Assembly (NCBI GenBank): GCA_965219455.1
Contig: OZ244744.1
Location: forward strand, 4,096,001-4,160,000
Reading direction: 5' to 3'
DNA length: 64,000 bases
From: Candidatus Latescibacterota bacterium
GTDB taxonomy: Bacteria > Latescibacterota > UBA2968 > GCA-2709665
Position numbers and translations under genes: made by a program. The notes under the pieces were generated by a model that saw nothing but the letters and a program-made list of their open reading frames with translations, ran no database searches and had not been told where the DNA came from. This document shows, piece after piece, positions 58,859-64,000 of this stretch (its first letter is position 1; each line of letters opens with the position of its first letter).

Positions 58859-61261
58859 ATGTACCGGATTCGATCACGGAGGATGGTTCTCGGGCTCGCG
58901 GCATTGACCCTTATTCTGACGGGAGGTCTGCCAGCCCGCGCGCAAGAAGGAACGCCGGAATCGGACGGGGACTCAACCGCTGTCCCTGGCCCCGACTGGG
59001 AGGTGCAGCGCGCCGTGCGGGTGTACTGGCCGCAATTGGCGGGGGATCCGGCCGGCCACAATACCCGGATCGGATACGCCCGGTTGCTGAAAGCGGATTT
59101 GTCCGGCGCCAGGGAGGCGTTCCAGTCGGCCCTTTCGCAGAACGACGGATTTGCGCCAGCCCACTTCGGCATGGCGCTGGCATCCTATCGGTCGGGGACG
59201 GCGGAGGGAGAAAAAGGAAGGTTTTCCGAGCAGACGATCTACCATGCGTCCCAGGCGGCCGCGCTTTCGCCAGAGTTCGAATTGGCCCACCGGCTTCTGG
59301 GGCGGCTTTATTCCGATATCGAGGACTATGACAAGTCGGTGGATGCCTATGTGCGCTCTCTATCGGTGGAGCCGACGCGGGCGCCCGCGGTGCTCCAGGC
59401 CGTGGTCACAGCCTATATTCGGACGGGCGTTTTAGAGGACTTACCCTCGCAGACGCTGGATTCACTCGAGGTAACGAAGGACGAGGGGTTGTTGTTGCCC
59501 GTGGTCGCGCAGGCATGCGCGAGCCGAAAGGCCCTGGATCTGGCTATGCAGTACTACGGCCGGGGGTTTTCCAGGATGCCGCCCGAGGAACGCCGGTTGT
59601 ACCAGGACGTGAACCTGATCGCCTCCCGGGAGGAGCTTGTCGCCTATCGGGCGACCGCGGATGATCCGGCGGCGCGGCGAGAGTTTCTGGTGAGGTTCTG
59701 GTCGGTGAGGGACCCGGACCTGATGACGGCCGTGAACGAGCGCAAGCTGGAGCACTATCGCCGGGTGTGGTATTCCAGGACCGGATTCTCGGAAAGGGCG
59801 CACCCCTGGGACCGGCGGGGCGAGGTCTATATCCGGTACGGTACTCCGGATTTTCGGTCGACTTCGAGCAGTATGGCGCCGCCAATGCCGGTTTCCGTGG
59901 AGCGGATCAAGGAGCGTGTCGCCCACGATATCTACGGACCCCTGGGTATGGCGGAGGTGGGACGGGGACCGGTGTTCCCGATTCGCAGGATGCACGAGGT
60001 GGGCCTGGATTTCCCCGCCGAAATGCCGCCGGGATCCGACCAGGGCGAAGCGCCGGACCCCCTGGAGGTTGAGGAGGGGGCGCCCGCGCTGATCGACGAT
60101 CCGCTCGCACCGCCCGATATGTCGGCTCTGAATAGCGAAAACTATGAGGTGACCCTGTCCCCGAACCGCACGCAGGCGGCCGGTGGGGACTTCATGTCCT
60201 TCATAAGATGGGAGTCATGGGTGTATACCGGCGTTGCCGGGGGGATCGAAGTTGTGTTTACCAACGAATGGGGGGGCGGGAAGTTCGACTTTGCGCCCGT
60301 GCCCGCGGCGGCATTCGACGACGGCGCGTTGCGGCGCACCAGCCGGATGGTGAAGTACTCTCCCGCGATGGTGATGAACCGGAGCATCCGGCAAATGCCC
60401 GAGCACTATCTGCCCGGCGGCCGGGAGGCATTTCTGGATTTTTTCTACGATCGGGCGACGTTTCGAGGATCCAATGGAAAGACGCGCGTGGAGGTTTATT
60501 ACGGAATTCCACCCCGAAGTCTGCGCGAGACTGAATCTGAAGAGCAGCCCGTGTTCCAGTTGGGCTGCGCGGTGGCCCTGTTCGATACGGAAACCGGACA
60601 TACACTGCTGGACAGCGAAGAACTGGTATTGCGTACGTCGAAGGAACTCTATACGGGGAAAGGAACCTTTATTCCGAATCAGCTTGCGCTGGACGCGAGC
60701 CCGGGCACGTACGAAATGCGGGTACAGGTCAAGGACCTGCTTTCAGGCCATTCGGGCATCTACAAGGAAAGGCTCGAAGTCGAGGATTATTCCCTGGATA
60801 CGTTGAAGCTGAGCGGACTGGAACTGGGGTTTCAGGTATCTACGGAGGGCGGCCTGGAGAAATACGACAAGGGCGGCGGCGTCTGGGTGATTCCGATGAC
60901 AACCAAGACCTATCGGATGAACCAGCATCCGTTTGTATATTACGAAGCCTACGGGTTGAAGCCGGACGCGTTCGGTCAGAGCCGGTTTACGTTGCATTAT
61001 ACAATCCACTCGATGCCGGAGAAGGGCGGTACGTTCGGACGTCTCTGGGCGGGCGCGGGCGCTCTCTTCCGCAGGGGCGAACGAAACCCCGAGGTTTCGG
61101 TATCCACGGAGCAGGTGCGGGAGGAAGTGGATCTCCAGGAGTATTTCGAGATGGATCTCGGGAATGCCAAATCCGGTGTAAACCGGTTGACGGTGCGCGT
61201 TGTGGATCAGAACGGCAACGCGGAGGCGGAGAAGGAGGTCTTGTTCCGGCTGGAGCGGTAG
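58859..61261 (+). CDS. Secreted TPR + GWxTD domain protein
   Basis: N-terminal TPRs; FW..RDPD..T..NE...EHYRR and DRRGEVYIRYG.PD; WVY; Ig-like C-terminus. Confidence 0.85.
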   Translation: MYRIRSRRMVLGLAALTLILTGGLPARAQEGTPESDGDSTAVPGPDWEVQRAVRVYWPQLAGDPAGHNTRIGYARLLKADLSGAREAFQSALSQNDGFAPAHFGMALASYRSGTAEGEKGRFSEQTIYHASQAAALSPEFELAHRLLGRLYSDIEDYDKSVDAYVRSLSVEPTRAPAVLQAVVTAYIRTGVLEDLPSQTLDSLEVTKDEGLLLPVVAQACASRKALDLAMQYYGRGFSRMPPEERRLYQDVNLIASREELVAYRATADDPAARREFLVRFWSVRDPDLMTAVNERKLEHYRRVWYSRTGFSERAHPWDRRGEVYIRYGTPDFRSTSSSMAPPMPVSVERIKERVAHDIYGPLGMAEVGRGPVFPIRRMHEVGLDFPAEMPPGSDQGEAPDPLEVEEGAPALIDDPLAPPDMSALNSENYEVTLSPNRTQAAGGDFMSFIRWESWVYTGVAGGIEVVFTNEWGGGKFDFAPVPAAAFDDGALRRTSRMVKYSPAMVMNRSIRQMPEHYLPGGREAFLDFFYDRATFRGSNGKTRVEVYYGIPPRSLRETESEEQPVFQLGCAVALFDTETGHTLLDSEELVLRTSKELYTGKGTFIPNQLALDASPGTYEMRVQVKDLLSGHSGIYKERLEVEDYSLDTLKLSGLELGFQVSTEGGLEKYDKGGGVWVIPMTTKTYRMNQHPFVYYEAYGLKPDAFGQSRFTLHYTIHSMPEKGGTFGRLWAGAGALFRRGERNPEVSVSTEQVREEVDLQEYFEMDLGNAKSGVNRLTVRVVDQNGNAEAEKEVLFRLER

Positions 61262-61304
61262 TAAGGGATCGCGACCGAGGATGATGCGGCGGTTCGCCTT
61301 TGTG

Positions 61305-61382
61305 GAATCCAGGAGTCGAGAGTCAGGATTTGGAAGAAAACCCGGGTTTCCTTCCGGATTCTGATTTCCAGCTTCTGGATTC
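61305..61382 (+). repeat. Long imperfect hairpin (~38-bp stem) with heptamer-like units
   Basis: GAATCCAGGAGTCGAGAGTCAGGATTTGGAAGAAAACC pairs with GGTTTCCTTCCGGATTCTGATTTCCAGCTTCTGGATTC through many G-U pairs and about 3 mismatches. Confidence 0.7.
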
Positions 61383-61401
61383 TTCTTTTGTTGGAGCGAA
61401 A

Positions 61402-62619
61402 ATGGAGAAGCTTGCAATCCATGGAGGCCCGAAGGTCCGAACCAGCCCGTTTCCCGAAAGGGCGCCGTTCGGGCAACGGGAAGAGGAACTGTTGATCGCA
61501 GCGGTACGAAGCCAGAATCTATTCGGCAAGAGCGGCAGGTTCGTAAGGGAATTCGAGGAGGCTTTTGCCGACCTCTACGGCGTCAGATACGCGCAGAGTT
61601 CCACGGGTGGATCGGCGGCCATCCACCTTGCCGTGGGGGCCGTGAACCCGGAGCCGGGCGACGAGATCATCACCGCGCCCGTTACCGATCCCGGCAGCGT
61701 GATGCCTATCCTGCAGCAGAATGCGGTGCCGGTATTTGCCGACGTGGATCCGAGGACATTGAACATGACCCCCCGGTCCATCGAAGCGGCCATTACGGAC
61801 CGGACCCGGGCGATTATCCTGGTGCATCTGTTCGGCAGGCCCTGCGACGTGGACGCGGTGGTGGATATTGCGAATAGACACAACCTGGTTCTTATCGAGG
61901 ATTGCAGCCAGGCTCATGCCACCAGATTCAAGGGTCGGTACGTCGGTACCTTCGGGCATATGGGATGTTTCAGCCTGCAGCAGTCCAAACACATGACGAC
62001 GGGCGACGGCGGGATGACCGTTACCAACGACGAGGAGACGTTTGTTCGCCTGAAACTGTTTTCGGATAAGGGTTGGGACTACCGATACATGGGAGAGCGG
62101 GACCACGGCTTCCTGGCGCCGACGTACCGCATGACAGAGATGCAGGGGGCCGTGGGCCTGGCGCAACTCGACAAGGTACGGGCCGTCGTCGAGCGCCGGA
62201 TCCACCTGGGGCGGCTGTTGTGTGAGTTGATTGCGGTTGCGCCGGGAATCGAACCCGTGCCCGGGGAGGCGGATCGGGAGGTGTCGTGGTGGAATTTCAT
62301 ATTTCACGTGACGGGTCACGATCCCGATCGGTTCTGCAAGGCGGTGTCCGCCGAGGGCGTCGGGGTAGGAGCGCACTATATTGGTGACCCGATATTCATG
62401 CGCGGGAAATATCTGACTGAGAAGATCACCTACGGAAATAGCGGATGCCCATTCACCTGCGGGGTGACGGACCGCGAGTACCACTATGGACCCGATACAA
62501 CCCCCCAGGCCGTGGCTGGTTTGCGGACGGTCGCAGTCCGAGGCATCCACGAACATATGGACGAGTCGGACATCCGGGACATCGCGTCCGCAATCAACAA
62601 AGTCGCGGCGATGCTGTAA
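61402..62619 (+). CDS. DegT/DnrJ/EryC1/StrS family PLP aminotransferase
   Basis: LAIHGG, PGDEII, VHLFG, IEDCSQAH and FSLQQSKHMTTGDGG (PLP Lys). Start at ATG 61402 after GGAG. Confidence 0.93.
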   Translation: MEKLAIHGGPKVRTSPFPERAPFGQREEELLIAAVRSQNLFGKSGRFVREFEEAFADLYGVRYAQSSTGGSAAIHLAVGAVNPEPGDEIITAPVTDPGSVMPILQQNAVPVFADVDPRTLNMTPRSIEAAITDRTRAIILVHLFGRPCDVDAVVDIANRHNLVLIEDCSQAHATRFKGRYVGTFGHMGCFSLQQSKHMTTGDGGMTVTNDEETFVRLKLFSDKGWDYRYMGERDHGFLAPTYRMTEMQGAVGLAQLDKVRAVVERRIHLGRLLCELIAVAPGIEPVPGEADREVSWWNFIFHVTGHDPDRFCKAVSAEGVGVGAHYIGDPIFMRGKYLTEKITYGNSGCPFTCGVTDREYHYGPDTTPQAVAGLRTVAVRGIHEHMDESDIRDIASAINKVAAML

Positions 62620-62720
62620 CGACGTCCCGTATGCACAACTCCTGTTGCTGCCTGGTATCAATTTTGGGATGTGCATGCCGTACAATATTCGGCTTCCATT
62701 TCCACCGGGTCATATATTCT

Positions 62721-62844
62721 GTAGGGGCAACCCTTGTGGTTGCCCGGTTGCAACTGGCGTTGTAACCCGCCCACGACGTCCGAGTTGTCGGTTTGCAATT
62801 TTCCCGCGATAACGAACGGGTAGGGGCAACCCTTGTGGGTGCCC
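62721..62844. repeat. Two direct GTAG-family REP copies
   Basis: GTAGGGGCAACCCTTGTGGTTGCCC (62721-62745) and GTAGGGGCAACCCTTGTGGGTGCCC (62820-62844). Confidence 0.8.
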
Positions 62845-62905
62845 GCGTGGAATGTTGCAACGCATACCGGTCAATAAGTGGCCGGCCTGCGAATGGAGGA
62901 AACGG

Positions 62906-64000
62906 ATGATTGAAGGAAAGGAAATCCTCACGCCCAGAGGCGCCGTCGCGGCCGGCCCCGCGGAAGCCGCCCGGGTGGGGGCGCGGATAATCGAGCAGGG
63001 TGGAAACGCGATGGACGCGGCGGCGGCGACCAGTATGGCCTGCTGTATGCTGCAGCCGCAGTCCACGGGCGTGATGGGGTACGTGCTGTGCGCCCTGGTG
63101 CTGGACGGGCGGTCCGGGAAGGTGTGGTCTCTGGATGCGAACTCGATCGCGCCCGCGTCGGCGAGTGAGACGATGTACTATGTGATGCCGATGCAGGACG
63201 GGCCGAAGGGAATCAACGAGAACGAATTTCTCTGTTCCGTACGGGACAACGCCAATGTGCACGGACCGCTGGCGGTGGGTCCGCCCGGAATGATGGCCGG
63301 GATGGGGGTATTGTGGGAGCGCTGGGGAAGGTTGAAGTGGTCGGAAATCGTGGCGCCGTCCCTGACGTTGCTGGAGAATGGATTTCCTTTTGGCTCCACC
63401 TCGGGCGCGATTCGGAATCTGCAAGCGGTCATTCGCCGGTTTGAAGCAACACAAGAGCATTTGATGCCGGAAGGGCGTTTGCCCGCGCCGGACGACGTCT
63501 GGCACAGGCGGGACATGGAGAAGTCGTTGACGCGTGCGTGTGAGGCGGGGTGGCGCGACTTCTACGATGGGGAGATCGGGCGGAAGATCGCGGACCACGT
63601 CAGCCTTACCGGCGGTGCGCTTACCAGGGAGGATATGGCGGGCTATATGCCGCGGGTGACCGCGCCTTACGAGACCAGTTACCGCGATGCGACCGTCTAT
63701 GCGGCGATATTGCCGAACGGAGGGCTGACGGCCCTCCAGGTTCTGAATATGCTGGAATGCTTCGAGCCCGTTCCGGGCAATACGGTAACGTACTGGCACC
63801 GGCTGGCCGAAGTGTTGAAATTGGCCTGGCGCGATCGGCTGCTGTATCTGGGAGATCCGGATCACGTGGAGGTTCCGGTCGAACGGCTGTTGAGCAAGGA
63901 CTACGCGGCAGGTCGCGTGGAGTCGGTTCGGCAGTCTCCCGGTCTCGTAGATCGGCGGTCCCCGAGGCCCGAAGGGGATTCGAGGGCTGGGACGCTCCAT
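62906..64000 (+). CDS. ggt: Gamma-glutamyltransferase, 3'-truncated by window edge
   Basis: Not in the ORF track because there is no stop in the window. Hand translation from ATG 62906 (RBS GGAGG): MIEGKEILTPRGAVAAGPAEAARVGARIIEQGGNAMDAAAA...QPQSTG.MG...GPPG...FYDGEIG...DRLLYLGDP. Confidence 0.88.
   Translation, partial: MIEGKEILTPRGAVAAGPAEAARVGARIIEQGGNAMDAAAATSMACCMLQPQSTGVMGYVLCALVLDGRSGKVWSLDANSIAPASASETMYYVMPMQDGPKGINENEFLCSVRDNANVHGPLAVGPPGMMAGMGVLWERWGRLKWSEIVAPSLTLLENGFPFGSTSGAIRNLQAVIRRFEATQEHLMPEGRLPAPDDVWHRRDMEKSLTRACEAGWRDFYDGEIGRKIADHVSLTGGALTREDMAGYMPRVTAPYETSYRDATVYAAILPNGGLTALQVLNMLECFEPVPGNTVTYWHRLAEVLKLAWRDRLLYLGDPDHVEVPVERLLSKDYAAGRVESVRQSPGLVDRRSPRPEGDSRAGTLH

Noticed and set aside
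62594-64000. 468-aa minus-strand ORF
   Set aside because: Antisense to the + strand gamma-glutamyltransferase, and it runs through REP repeats.

Overview
GC-rich, gene-dense bacterial chromosomal segment. The gene content suggests, by inference only, an FCB-group diderm such as Candidatus Latescibacterota: PorV-like barrels, a T9SS-like C-terminal domain protein, a GWxTD protein, an S8 protease with a dockerin/EF-hand-like tail and a heparinase II/III-like lyase. Housekeeping genes include a minus-strand run yicC-gmk-rpoZ-coaBC-udg-[insertion]-dnaB-kptA-dac-DUF1854, plus era, rpiA, a lone sucD and a partial ggt at the right edge. Five items stand out. (1) A ~1.7 kb single-gene element between udg and dnaB has hairpin ends, no terminal inverted repeats, and a YDK...RxE protein, making it a candidate rolling-circle (Rep_trans-like) transposon. 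(2) An OMP / TonB-dependent receptor / CTD protein / PorV-like / GWxTD envelope locus sits behind a long leader containing a terminator-like hairpin. (3) A 1,600-aa degenerate M28-peptidase-FtsX fusion is paired with an OPT-like transporter. (4) An L,D-transpeptidase is coupled to a catalytically dead paralog and a helical lipoprotein. (5) Several small repeat families occur, including two 160-bp MITE copies with 4-bp target duplications, GTAG REPs and a 64-bp dispersed repeat. No rRNA, tRNA or CRISPR array was recognised. All product calls come from motif recognition by eye, not from database searches.
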